A program made the translations under genes and the position numbers. DNA of 64,000 nt. It comes from Candidatus Bathyarchaeota archaeon (GTDB taxonomy: Archaea > Thermoproteota > Bathyarchaeia > Bathyarchaeales > Bathycorpusculaceae). How positions within the stretch are numbered: position 1 is the stretch's first letter; each line of letters starts with the position of its first letter. Below are positions 10,004-19,339 of the stretch, piece by piece. The notes beneath the pieces are model-generated. The model searched no databases. It saw nothing but the letters and a program-made list of their open reading frames with translations, and had not been told where the DNA came from. The stretch spans positions 960,001 through 1,024,000 of the forward strand of contig OY970280.1 in the NCBI GenBank assembly GCA_963715865.1, read 5' to 3'.

Positions 10004-10741
10004 TTAGCCTTTTCGTTCAGTGCGAATCCTCTTAACAGACCCTCGAGGACGCATTCGAGCCTTTTTCTTTACAGCAGCCCGCGCTGAAGGCTTATCTTCC
10101 ATCGCATCAGCTTCAGCTTCTTCTACAGGCAAGGTATCAACCGCGTCTGGAAAATCAGCGGTTGTAGCCTGTTCAGCGTCAGCTTTAATCATTGCCTCAA
10201 TCGCTCTGTCCACATCACTAGGCTTCACGTTAATGCCTAATGTTGCATCCATAAGCACCACTGTCTCATAGCCAAGTTTTAGCGCATCAAGAACCGTGTT
10301 TACAACACAATAATCCGTTGCTAAACCGCCAACAAAAAGTCTCTTAACGCCTTTATTCTTCAGCTGCTCAGAGAAATCAGTTCCATCAAAAACTGAATAG
10401 CTCTCCCTTTTAGGATCAGCAGCCTTAGAAATAACAACCGTGCCCGTGGGCAATTTAAGATCAGGACTAAACTTTGCACCTTCTGTTTGCTGAACGCAAT
10501 GAGGCGGCCAAGGACCACCCTGCGCTTTAAAGGAAATGTGATTTGACGGATGCCAATCTCTAGAAGCAAAAATATGCCCCCCAGCATTATTAAATCGCTC
10601 AGCATACTCATTTAAAACGGGAATAATTGTGTCGCCTTGAGAAACTGGCAGAGCACCGCCTGAGAGGAAATCTTTTTGGATATCAGTTATCAAAAGGGCG
10701 TCAGAACCTGTTATGTTATAGTTTTTTTTCAAACAAAACAC
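10004..10741 (-). CDS. pncA: Nicotinamidase/pyrazinamidase (isochorismatase family)
   Basis: D.Q.DF, SRDWHP, WPPHCVQ, GLATDYCV motifs. Confidence 0.92.
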   Translation of the reverse strand: MFCLKKNYNITGSDALLITDIQKDFLSGGALPVSQGDTIIPVLNEYAERFNNAGGHIFASRDWHPSNHISFKAQGGPWPPHCVQQTEGAKFSPDLKLPTGTVVISKAADPKRESYSVFDGTDFSEQLKNKGVKRLFVGGLATDYCVVNTVLDALKLGYETVVLMDATLGINVKPSDVDRAIEAMIKADAEQATTADFPDAVDTLPVEEAEADAMEDKPSARAAVKKKARMRPRGSVKRIRTERKG

Positions 10742-10894
10742 CTACTTAATAATTAACGAATCTTCATTTAAACAGATTGCTGCTTTTGAAAACTCTCAGT
10801 AAACTATGGAACAGTATGAAATAAATTTTTTTCTGTTTGCAAAAGCCATGGAAAAGTAATTAAGCTTTTATGATAGTAATGGAATGGTGGAAAC

Positions 10895-11164
10895 ATGGCG
10901 ATTTTAGCCTACGTTCTTTTCAAGGTTGCTTCAGGAACTGAAAGGGATGTCTCCCAAAAACTCATCGAATTTGACGAGGTCATGCAGGCAGACATTGTTT
11001 TCGGTGAATACGATGTAATAGCACGGATAGCAACGGATGGTTTGGATAAGCTGGAAGAGTTTGTTTCGCAAAAAGTCAGAACCGTGCCGAACGTTCTTGT
11101 CACTTCAACCATGATAATTTCAAGAGAGTACAAAGGAAAAAACTACCGACCAAAAAACAAGTAA
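10895..11164 (+). CDS. Lrp/AsnC ligand-binding (RAM) domain protein
   Basis: AYVLFKV...VFGEYDVIARI...VPNVLVTST. Confidence 0.88.
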   Translation: MAILAYVLFKVASGTERDVSQKLIEFDEVMQADIVFGEYDVIARIATDGLDKLEEFVSQKVRTVPNVLVTSTMIISREYKGKNYRPKNK

Positions 11165-11229
11165 CTCTCTTCAGCAATCAGCTCTGTTAAGCCGAAATTT
11201 CCAAGCAAGAGCCATTTTTAATATATTTT

Positions 11230-11247
11230 GTTGATGCTTTCGTATAC
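11230..11247 (+). repeat. 18-bp motif, copy 6 (1 mismatch)
   Basis: GTTGATGCTTTCGTATAC. Confidence 0.9.
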
Positions 11248-11304
11248 CACTCAAGGATAGGCTTATCTTTTAACCAGTAACAATAAAGTAATAAGGCATC
11301 AAAA

Positions 11305-12846
11305 ATGCAAGCAAAAAACAAAAACTCATTCATCACAAGCAGGGAAATGCGTGCTCTAGAAATCAACGCTGAATACTATGGCATCTCACTGCTTCAACTA
11401 ATGGAAAACGCTGGACACAACATAGCCCAAGAAACCACCCAACGTTTCCCAAACGAAAAGAAGATTGCTATTTTCTGCGGTTTAGGCGGAAACGGTGGTG
11501 ACGGCTTCGTGGCGGCTAGACACCTTTTAGCAGCTGGTTACAATGTGACAGTTATTCTTGTTGGCAAAAGCCGTGACATTAGTCATGAAGCGGCAATGAA
11601 AAACTGGTGCATTCTCCAGTTGATGCAAGATAAAATTCCACTGCTTGAAGTAACCGACAGTTCTGCCGTACCGAAAGTGACTGCCGACGTTGTCATTGAT
11701 GCCTTGCTGGGAACTGGAACCAAAGGAAAACTTAAGCCGCCAATATCTCAAGTCGTGGAACAAATCAATTCTTTAAGCGCTTTTAAAATAGCCGTTGATG
11801 TGCCAACAGGCATAGATTCGGATACGGGTGAAGTTTTAGGCAGCGCAGTAAAAGCTGACCTAACGGTTACATTCCATAAGGGAAAAATGGGATTAAAGAA
11901 AGCGAAAAAGTACGTTGGCGAACTCGTTGTGAAAGACATAGGTTTGCCTCAGGAAATAGAACAATATGCTGGTCCAGGCGACGTTTACCTTGCCAAAAAA
12001 CCGCGCAGCCCGTCTGCTCATAAGGGTGATTTCGGGCGATTACTGGTTATTGGTGGAAGCGAGGTTTTCTCTGGTGCGCCTACACTGGTTTCGTTGGCTG
12101 CTCTGCGAACAGGCGTGGACATTGTTTATCTTGCGGCTCCTGCAAAGACAGCTTACGCGATTTCCTCAATGTCGCCTGACTTGATAACTATAAAGCTTGA
12201 TGGTAACAATTTGAAACCGAACAGCATGGAAACGCTAAAACCCTACCTGAGTATAGTTGATGCGGTTGCGATGGGCCCAGGTTTAGGATTAAACCCTGAA
12301 ACCATCGATTTTGTCAAGTTATGCGTTGAAGAAGTTGAGAAGGCTGGGAAACCTTTGCTTTTGGATGCTGATGGACTTAAAGCCTTCGCTAAGTTCAAAA
12401 GACCCCTAAAAGTGCCGCTTGTTCTTACACCTCACGCCGGTGAATACGCTATACTTACAGGCGAAATTTTGCCTGAAAACCAAGAAGAACGCGTTTTGGC
12501 AGTGCAGAAAACCGCAAAGAAACTTAACGCGGTTGTGTTGGTAAAGGGCAAAGTTGACATTGTATGCGATTCTGAAAGGATAAAGTTGAATTTCACGGGC
12601 AATCCAGGCATGACTGTCGGAGGCACAGGCGACGTTCTCAGCGGTATCGTTGGCGGTTTAATGGCTCAGAAGGTTGATCCGTTTGAGGCTGCAGTAGCTG
12701 GTGCCTTTGTTAATGGTGCTGCAGGCGATTTTGTTGCGAGTGAAATTGGTTTTCACATGGTAGCTACGGACATTATTAATTGGATTCCACGGGTTTTTGA
12801 TGATCCGATGAGTCACTTGAAGGTGCGCAAGCCAAGTGGAAAATAA
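11305..12846 (+). CDS. nnr: Bifunctional NAD(P)HX epimerase/dehydratase
   Basis: LMENAG, GNGGDGFVAAR, DVPTG (YjeF-N) plus HKGDFG, TPHAGE, GGTGDVLSG (YjeF-C). Confidence 0.95.
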   Translation: MQAKNKNSFITSREMRALEINAEYYGISLLQLMENAGHNIAQETTQRFPNEKKIAIFCGLGGNGGDGFVAARHLLAAGYNVTVILVGKSRDISHEAAMKNWCILQLMQDKIPLLEVTDSSAVPKVTADVVIDALLGTGTKGKLKPPISQVVEQINSLSAFKIAVDVPTGIDSDTGEVLGSAVKADLTVTFHKGKMGLKKAKKYVGELVVKDIGLPQEIEQYAGPGDVYLAKKPRSPSAHKGDFGRLLVIGGSEVFSGAPTLVSLAALRTGVDIVYLAAPAKTAYAISSMSPDLITIKLDGNNLKPNSMETLKPYLSIVDAVAMGPGLGLNPETIDFVKLCVEEVEKAGKPLLLDADGLKAFAKFKRPLKVPLVLTPHAGEYAILTGEILPENQEERVLAVQKTAKKLNAVVLVKGKVDIVCDSERIKLNFTGNPGMTVGGTGDVLSGIVGGLMAQKVDPFEAAVAGAFVNGAAGDFVASEIGFHMVATDIINWIPRVFDDPMSHLKVRKPSGK

Positions 12847-13393
12847 CCCTGAAAAACCAGCAGCCAAATCTTTGCGAATTACTATTTACCATGCCGCGCA
12901 ATGCGACCCTAAAAAATGCACTGGACTAAGGCTGAAACGCCGTGGATTCGCTAGGATTGTTACTAAGACCAGGTTTTTGCCTAAGAGAGCAATAGTGCTG
13001 AATCCGTTTTCTGAAATAGCTTTTTCACCTGCGGACAGGCAGAGAGTTGAAGATTTTGGTTTGGCCGCGTTAGATTGCAGTTGGGAGCATGCACAGAAAG
13101 TTTTGTCGGGACATGTGAAGGGAACCAGCCGCTGCTTACCCATACTCATCGCAGGCAACCCTGTTAATTTTGGCAAAGCAACCAAGTTGACTACTGCTGA
13201 AGCTATTGCTGCGGCATTGTACATTGCGGGTTTTAGGAAGGAGTCGGAAGAGCTTTTGTCGATTTTTACTTGGGGGCACACGTTTTTTGAGTTAAACGGC
13301 ATGCTGCTTGATAGTTACGTGACGGCAAATGATAGCGCTGAAATCGTGGAAATGCAGACAAGGCTTCTAAAAGGGAAAAAATGCAACACTTAA
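12836..13393 (+). CDS. tsr3: 16S rRNA aminocarboxypropyltransferase (DUF367)
   Basis: QCDPKKCTG, LDCSWE, LIAGNPVNFGK..KLTTAEA, FTWGHTF. Confidence 0.93.
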   Translation: MENNPEKPAAKSLRITIYHAAQCDPKKCTGLRLKRRGFARIVTKTRFLPKRAIVLNPFSEIAFSPADRQRVEDFGLAALDCSWEHAQKVLSGHVKGTSRCLPILIAGNPVNFGKATKLTTAEAIAAALYIAGFRKESEELLSIFTWGHTFFELNGMLLDSYVTANDSAEIVEMQTRLLKGKKCNT

Positions 13394-13564
13394 AGTGCCG
13401 CTAAAGAAAACGGAAAAAGAGCAACTAACAAAAAAGGAAAAGTTAGGCGCCACGGTTTAGGACTTGCTTGTTTGTTGTTTAGCTTTTAGGTCAGCGAGAT
13501 ACTGTTAAGTCATTTGTGGTGACCTTGAAAAAAGAAAGAAGAAGGTGGGAGTAAGAATACATTG

Positions 13565-13762
13565 TTATTTTATATATTCAGTCTTGAATGTGTCTTGAAA
13601 TGCCATGAACCGAGGGCATTTTTGAAATTCGGAAGAGCTTTTACAAAAATCTTTGAGCTCGATTTCTGTTGGCTTGTACCATAGGACAGGTTCGTTTTGT
13701 CTTATTAGCATGGCATGACAAAGACACACATTGTTGCTACAGATTAAATAAATACAATCCAT
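13565..13762 (-). CDS. Small Cys-rich hypothetical protein
   Basis: 65 aa with C-x5-C-x4-C...C-x8-C spacing. Confidence 0.45.
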   Translation of the reverse strand: MDCIYLICSNNVCLCHAMLIRQNEPVLWYKPTEIELKDFCKSSSEFQKCPRFMAFQDTFKTEYIK

Positions 13763-13978
13763 GCGTCATCACCAAAATAATATTTAGTTGAGATTCCATT
13801 TTTTAATGTATTGGTATCTTATGTTTGTACAAAGATACCGAAGTTAAGTTACCCAACATAAAAATTTTCTGTTGAAATCATAAGTTGTCGTTAACTCGTT
13901 GTTAACTCTTGAATGAGATTAACCTCAAAAATACTATAAAATGTCCTTTACAGTAACTTTATAAGTAACTTCTATAGT

Positions 13979-14074
13979 ATGCGCTCGGCTCTAGTAGACT
14001 TGCTTATTGAAAAAGGTGTTATTACTGAAGAAGAGTACGAACGGAAAATTAAGGAAAAAATAACAATCAAATAG
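13979..14074 (+). CDS. 31-aa SHOCT-like peptide
   Basis: Manual translation MRSALVDLLIEKGVITEEEYERKIKEKITIK; contains the L..KGVITEEEY motif. Confidence 0.45.
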   Translation: MRSALVDLLIEKGVITEEEYERKIKEKITIK

Positions 14075-14247
14075 TTCTTTTCTCAAAAATATCAAATATA
14101 TAAAGTATGACAGATATGTGTACATATTTACAATCCACAAAGTTTATTTAGAATATGAATTAACCTAATCTCACATACGCAAAAGGTCTAACCAAAGACT
14201 CATGCAACAGAGCGATAAATCCCGCAGATAGAAAGTGAGTTTAAAAA

Positions 14248-14631
14248 ATGCCTAAGTATTTAATTTTTAAAAATGATGATTTGTGGGATGCTTCGTTTGA
14301 TTCTTTGACACCACACATTAAAAAAATTGTTAACGATAAAATTATGAATGACATTGCTTTAGATCCACGCAAAAATGAAGAGCTGCATTTCGAACTCGAC
14401 AGTCTTTGGAGCTTCAATAGAATGAAAAACGGAACTAGAATCATTTATGCGATTTGCGGTGATTGCCGTAAAAAAGGATTAAACATGCTTAATAATTGCA
14501 AGTCATGTTCAGAGATGCATAACGATACCATTATGCTATGGATGGTTGGTCCTCACGATATCTACCAGGCATTATCGAGAATGCGAAGACAGGCATGGAT
14601 AGATTATAATAAAAAACAAAAGGCAGAATAA
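14248..14631 (+). CDS. RelE/ParE-superfamily toxin-like protein with CxxC...CxxC insertion
   Basis: EELHFELDSLWS...RIIYAIC...MLWMVGPHDIY; CGDC and CKSC inserted between the RelE strands. Confidence 0.65.
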   Translation: MPKYLIFKNDDLWDASFDSLTPHIKKIVNDKIMNDIALDPRKNEELHFELDSLWSFNRMKNGTRIIYAICGDCRKKGLNMLNNCKSCSEMHNDTIMLWMVGPHDIYQALSRMRRQAWIDYNKKQKAE

Positions 14632-14635
14632 ATTT

Positions 14636-15298
14636 TTAGGTAGAAAGCGGTTTGTATGGACTACAAGTCGAACCATGCTTTCTTGCCGCACGTATTGGGT
14701 CCATTAATTTCTTGTTTGCTAAAATTGCAAAGGTTTCAGAGTAGCTTTTTTCAAGTTTGAAAGACTTTAATGAGCCTTGGAGAACAGTACTGCCTTTGAG
14801 GATGTTATCCACGCGCATGGTCGAACCGTCAGGCATTATGATGTTCATTGCATGAACATAATTTCTTAGTTCATGAGTTTTCATGTGGGCAAAGTTTTTG
14901 ACTATTTGTTTCATTGCTTCTTGTATATCCTTTGGAATGGCTTGTAAGAATTGTTCGCTGATGCTTTTTCCGATTTCGCTGACTTGTATCCCGTTTTCAT
15001 CCTCAACTATGAGTTGCTCATCAAGCATTGCTTCGTAGTCATTGTAAAGACCCTTGCTAATCGGACCGTGATTATGCATGAAAAAATTATAACCGAAAGC
15101 TCTTTTTCCATCTTGATTAAGAGTGTACTCTATCAAGAATGCTAACTTTTGAAGTTTTGTGATTCCCAGCCACCCTCTCTTTTCGCTTGCTGAAACTAGA
15201 GCAAGCATAAGAACTGAGTTTCCACTAAATTCAGGTTTCTGGAAGCTGCTCATGTCACAGTTGACACTCCAATTTTTAGACCGTATCACCTTTGACAA
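14636..15298 (-). CDS. DUF4065 (SocA/Panacea) domain antitoxin-like protein
   Basis: GITKLQKLAFL...YNFFMHNHGPIS...Y signature; C-terminal ETFAILANKKLMDPIRAA. Confidence 0.75.
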   Translation of the reverse strand: MSKVIRSKNWSVNCDMSSFQKPEFSGNSVLMLALVSASEKRGWLGITKLQKLAFLIEYTLNQDGKRAFGYNFFMHNHGPISKGLYNDYEAMLDEQLIVEDENGIQVSEIGKSISEQFLQAIPKDIQEAMKQIVKNFAHMKTHELRNYVHAMNIIMPDGSTMRVDNILKGSTVLQGSLKSFKLEKSYSETFAILANKKLMDPIRAARKHGSTCSPYKPLST

Positions 15299-15504
15299 CC
15301 CTATATAAGAGTTCGCACTAAAAATTTGTTAATCGACCTTGTAAGTATTATGAAGACTGAATTATTATTAAAACTATGTGACTGCCGACGGACATCAACA
15401 AAAATAAAATTACTCAACCTCTTTCACCATTATCCTCCATAGGTCACCATTATCTTATTAAATGGTCAAGTTTATAACATTTGCGCAATCGATATATCGG
15501 CATG

Positions 15505-15981
15505 TTAAGTTAGGCTTATGTTGAGGGAGCATGACAAATAACTTAACAGTATCCTTACCACAAAAGACTTAACAGTATCTGTTGCAGTAGCCCCTGAACC
15601 GCCACCTATTGTGTCGCTTAGAATAATTTTCGGGTCGTCCGTTGTTGAAGTGAAACCATGTCCAATTTCGATTGCACCGCCGCCGCTGCCGGAAATTGGA
15701 TCAGATGCGGTCATTAACGCGCCATATGTTTCGATGTCTTTTTGTACCCATAAGCCAAAATCAGTTGCCAGAAAAGGAATGAAATTAGAACCTCCCATGC
15801 CTTGCATCATAATAAGATACAGTTTCTGCGTATTGCCATCAATATAACTATAACCTGGATCTGGGTTTCCAGTTGTAGTGAACGTTACACCTGGTCCAGC
15901 CAATGATGGCATTACTGGTTTATAGTTTCTCCATGAAGGTGTGATAACGTTCCATGCGTTACCTTGCGTAGAGAGACTCAT
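15505..15981 (-). CDS. Gly/Thr-rich virion-structural-like protein, probably truncated
   Basis: G/T/S-rich beta-type sequence co-oriented downstream of the terminase; the last ~20 aa look like read-through. Confidence 0.4.
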   Translation of the reverse strand: MSLSTQGNAWNVITPSWRNYKPVMPSLAGPGVTFTTTGNPDPGYSYIDGNTQKLYLIMMQGMGGSNFIPFLATDFGLWVQKDIETYGALMTASDPISGSGGGAIEIGHGFTSTTDDPKIILSDTIGGGSGATATDTVKSFVVRILLSYLSCSLNISLT

Positions 15982-16142
15982 AATTTCACCCCCTGACCTT
16001 CCTTTATTGCTTTATAGCTTTGGATTGGAGTTTTAGGTGCAGCCCCAAACGTCACATTGGCTTGTTCGATGGCTTCACCGTTTTGTTGGAACCCAGCTAA
16101 TGCATGGTTCCATTTTTCTGGTTTTATTGATTTTTCTAACAT
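15978..16142 (-). CDS. 54-aa hypothetical protein
   Basis: Manual translation MLEKSIKPEKWNHALAGFQQ...GVKL; ATGA overlap with the next ORF. Confidence 0.5.
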   Translation of the reverse strand: MLEKSIKPEKWNHALAGFQQNGEAIEQANVTFGAAPKTPIQSYKAIKEGQGVKL

Positions 16143-16293
16143 TTTAAATCACTTTGATATCTTGAGGCAAAAAAATTAAGGAAGACGAAATATTTCAGAA
16201 ATACAAGCTAACTTTTTCAGGGGGATGACTGCACCAATTTTCACTACATTTTCTTTTCAATGAAAAGACACTTGCAGTCAGTCAACACTACTT

Positions 16294-17685
16294 TTAATGT
16301 TGAAGCATAACGGCGCCCTTGCCTGGAGGAGATGCCCGCATGGTTACGGCGGCTGCCAGAGCTAAAGCCCATAACATGTCATCATGGCAATGTTGTGGAT
16401 GGCTGAACTGTAAGTGCCCGCTTTTGCCGTACTCGTACTGTTGCTCATTGATCTGCTGGCATAGTAACCTATGGTACGGAATGGCTAAGCGGTTCTGTTC
16501 CATAGCAATTTTCAGCCCTGTAAGCAGCTCCTCTTTTGATTGCATAGTAAACGTAATGCCGTCGACACTTCTCAAACCCTGGTTGTGAATCTCCTCAAGT
16601 ACAGGTTCACCCACGCCAGTCTGATCCACAAGCACGCCTCGGAACTGAAACTTCTGGTTAGCCCTCACAAGGTGACCAATAACCTGCGCGTATGGTGTTT
16701 CAAGCGGAAACTGATACATATAAACAAGCTTAAGCCTGTCGCCATCACGTTGCAAAACAACTACAACGCTGAAGTCTTGGAGCTTTCCGAAATCAACTCC
16801 GCCATAGTAATCTCCGCTTGGAAAAGAAGCCTCAAGACTGCTGTAAAGCTCAACGCCAAGCTTTTGGGCAAGCTCGACCGACGTGCGAATCAATGCTTGT
16901 GAAAAATAGCTGTTTAAGGCTTCAACAAACTCGGCTTCGTACTCCATTAGATATTCTTCATGGGTCATGTTTTCGCGGTTTTCATCCAAAATATGCTCCG
17001 TAACTAGCGGGCACTCACTTGACTTGACACGGTGCACACTATAGGCTGGATTGACGAATGCTCGATAGAAAAAGTGGTTTTTATCCCAAGGCGTGCTTAA
17101 TAGAATTGCGTAGCCATCGGTTGTGCTTAGCATCGGGAAAAGGATTTGCGTGATAACCTTTTCAGGAATCCAAGAGGCTTCATCCAAAATAATCATGTTT
17201 GCAGTGTAGCCGCGTAGCATGTGCTCTGAGCAGGGTAAGGCAATTATTTTGCTTCTGTTGTCAAACTGAATAAGCGTTCCCGTTGCCCTAACAATTCTAC
17301 TGCGGAGATATACACTATAGAACACAAATGACATTATGCGGTCAAACATAATCATTGACTGCCTAAGCGAAGGACTGGTAATTAAAACTGTAACACCCTT
17401 GTTTGCTTGGGCAAAGTAGATGGCTTTCAACGCTATGATTGTCGTCTTGCCAGTTTGACGCCCCATGCAAGCGACGATTCGCTTACTCGGATCTTCCAAC
17501 AGCACCGCCTGATATGGAAAAGGCTTCACATCCAAAATTTTCTCAGCAAAATCAACAGGCCCCTTGACTTCAAGAGTTTCCTGAAGCTGCAACTGCTTGA
17601 TTGCTTTATCGATTTGCGGAAGCCTTCTTAGCGCCCTACGCTGCCTGTAACTTCGCCATAGCAACGGTAACCGTATGCGCGTCAA
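16294..17685 (-). CDS. terL: Terminase large subunit (Terminase_6 ATPase + RNase H-like nuclease)
   Basis: PYQ...GRQTGKTT (Walker A), IILDEA (Walker B), LLSTP, GVDFGK..D, DQTGVG, HDDMLWALALA. Confidence 0.93.
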   Translation of the reverse strand: MTRIRLPLLWRSYRQRRALRRLPQIDKAIKQLQLQETLEVKGPVDFAEKILDVKPFPYQAVLLEDPSKRIVACMGRQTGKTTIIALKAIYFAQANKGVTVLITSPSLRQSMIMFDRIMSFVFYSVYLRSRIVRATGTLIQFDNRSKIIALPCSEHMLRGYTANMIILDEASWIPEKVITQILFPMLSTTDGYAILLSTPWDKNHFFYRAFVNPAYSVHRVKSSECPLVTEHILDENRENMTHEEYLMEYEAEFVEALNSYFSQALIRTSVELAQKLGVELYSSLEASFPSGDYYGGVDFGKLQDFSVVVVLQRDGDRLKLVYMYQFPLETPYAQVIGHLVRANQKFQFRGVLVDQTGVGEPVLEEIHNQGLRSVDGITFTMQSKEELLTGLKIAMEQNRLAIPYHRLLCQQINEQQYEYGKSGHLQFSHPQHCHDDMLWALALAAAVTMRASPPGKGAVMLQH

Positions 17686-17731
17686 TTTTCTCCCTTCGAG
17701 TTAGTCTTGTCTTTGCAAAGGGCGTCCGTGT

Positions 17732-18253
17732 CTACATCTTCTCTTTCAAACTAAGAAGCTGCTCTTCCCAAAGCTTGCGCTCTTGATCTGTTTGCGCTTT
17801 TGCAACCTTGTCTTCCAACTGGGCAAGCACAACCCTGTTCAACTCTTCAACATGCCGTTCAACCTTCGCAAGCTTCTCAATATAATCCGTCTGCAGTATG
17901 ATGTAGCTTTTCAATGCAGGTATGATCAAGCGTATTCGCTTAATATCTAGCCCAGTTAAACCCTTCTCATTTAATCGCTGAATGCATCCCAGCGTCATCT
18001 TTGCAGCTTCTTCCACACTGATCAATTGCTCAGCCGGTTTGATGGGTTCAAGCGTTGTAGTTGTTGATGATGAAGATGATGAACAATTGTTTTCCTTTTC
18101 AGAAATTACAAGACCTAGTCGATATAACTTGAGCCTGATACCCTCAGGGCTACGATGGAAATGTTCAGCCATCTCTTCGACGCTTTGACCCTGCCCACAC
18201 ATTTCACTTATAGCTTTAACTTCGTCTTCTGTCCAAAGTTTTTCAAGAACCAT
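17732..18253 (-). CDS. HTH + coiled-coil protein, putative terminase small subunit
   Basis: N-terminal WTEDE...EEMAEHFHRSPEGIRLKLYRLG HTH; lies directly upstream of TerL. Confidence 0.55.
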   Translation of the reverse strand: MVLEKLWTEDEVKAISEMCGQGQSVEEMAEHFHRSPEGIRLKLYRLGLVISEKENNCSSSSSSTTTTLEPIKPAEQLISVEEAAKMTLGCIQRLNEKGLTGLDIKRIRLIIPALKSYIILQTDYIEKLAKVERHVEELNRVVLAQLEDKVAKAQTDQERKLWEEQLLSLKEKM

Positions 18254-18716
18254 TCTTACTCTTCCCTTCTGAAAATTTCTCTTCCAAGCAAATTAATCAG
18301 ACTTTCTTCTAAATGCCTGCAATAGCGTAATGGAAAAACCACGATTCTTTCTCGTAAAAAAGCTGTCCATTATCATCTAAACGCCACTCAGAGGCGGCGA
18401 AATGAAATCAAGTGACACCTGCTTCAAAGAATGCATCGGCATGTGTTACGTTGAATCATACATGTTTAAAATTATATTTAGGGCTTGCGAACATCAACCA
18501 CTCAATCGTTTTGCAAACACATTATGCCGTTATACACCATTATGCCCAAATTCACGTGATTCACCCTTGGATCATGTATGCGCTATCTCAAAATACCAAT
18601 CAATAATTAAAACCAATATACAGAACTGATTTAAGATAAAAAATAGCTAATTAACCACGAGTGCTTAAATAAATTAACAAAGCAGCACTTCATTAACCGT
18701 TAAAGGAAAAAATGGC

Positions 18717-19316
18717 ATGGATACAAACCAGAAAAATGCTGATGTTGAACACTTTAACCGCAGGGCAGCAACTTACGAGACTGCTAGTAGTCAGGGGTAT
18801 TTCTTTGATAGAGTACAACGACGAGTTCTTAAATTAACCAGACAAAATAATCCTAACGTCATTTTAGATGTGGGTTGTGGAACGGGACGATTGCTTAGGA
18901 AGGCTAAGCAACAGTGGCCCAATGCCCAGTTGGTTGGTGTTGACGTAGCCGAGAAAATGATACAGCAGGCAACTCAGCTTTTTCCAGAAGCAGAATTTCA
19001 TGTCGCCATGGCTGAAGCTTTGCCTCTCCCTGATACTTCAGTTGACCTTGCCTTTAGCACTCTTTCATTTCATCATTGGGCAAATCAAGCGAAGGGTATT
19101 AGCGAAGTCGCTCGAGTTTTGCGTCCGCAAGGAAGCTTTTTGCTGGCTGACATTACGATTCCAGCTTGGATGCACATTTTCGTCAAGCATTTCAGGCATA
19201 ACAACCCAGCCAAAATACGTGAAATGTTTACATCTGCAGGGTTAACTGTTGAGTTACAACAAAGGCCATGGCGTTGGTCAAGAGTTCTTCTCATAACTAT
19301 TGGAAGGAAGCATTAA
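18717..19316 (+). CDS. Class I SAM-dependent methyltransferase (UbiE-like)
   Basis: ILDVGCGTG, GVD, AEALP, LSFHHW, RVLRPQG. Confidence 0.92.
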   Translation: MDTNQKNADVEHFNRRAATYETASSQGYFFDRVQRRVLKLTRQNNPNVILDVGCGTGRLLRKAKQQWPNAQLVGVDVAEKMIQQATQLFPEAEFHVAMAEALPLPDTSVDLAFSTLSFHHWANQAKGISEVARVLRPQGSFLLADITIPAWMHIFVKHFRHNNPAKIREMFTSAGLTVELQQRPWRWSRVLLITIGRKH

Positions 19317-19339
19317 CGTGAAGGGGCAGGATTAGGGGT

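Larger units (their letters stand above)
13400..18330. mobile_element. Provirus-derived island (orphan terminase module, toxin/antitoxin-like pair); boundaries approximate
   Basis: AT-rich segment between tsr3 and a methyltransferase; carries TerL, a TerS-like gene, a virion-like fragment, RelE-like and DUF4065 genes. No att repeats or integrase found. Confidence 0.5.

Noticed and set aside
13393-18716. att repeats for the terminase island
   Set aside because: No convincing direct repeat or tRNA fragment was found at either flank by eye, so boundaries are approximate.
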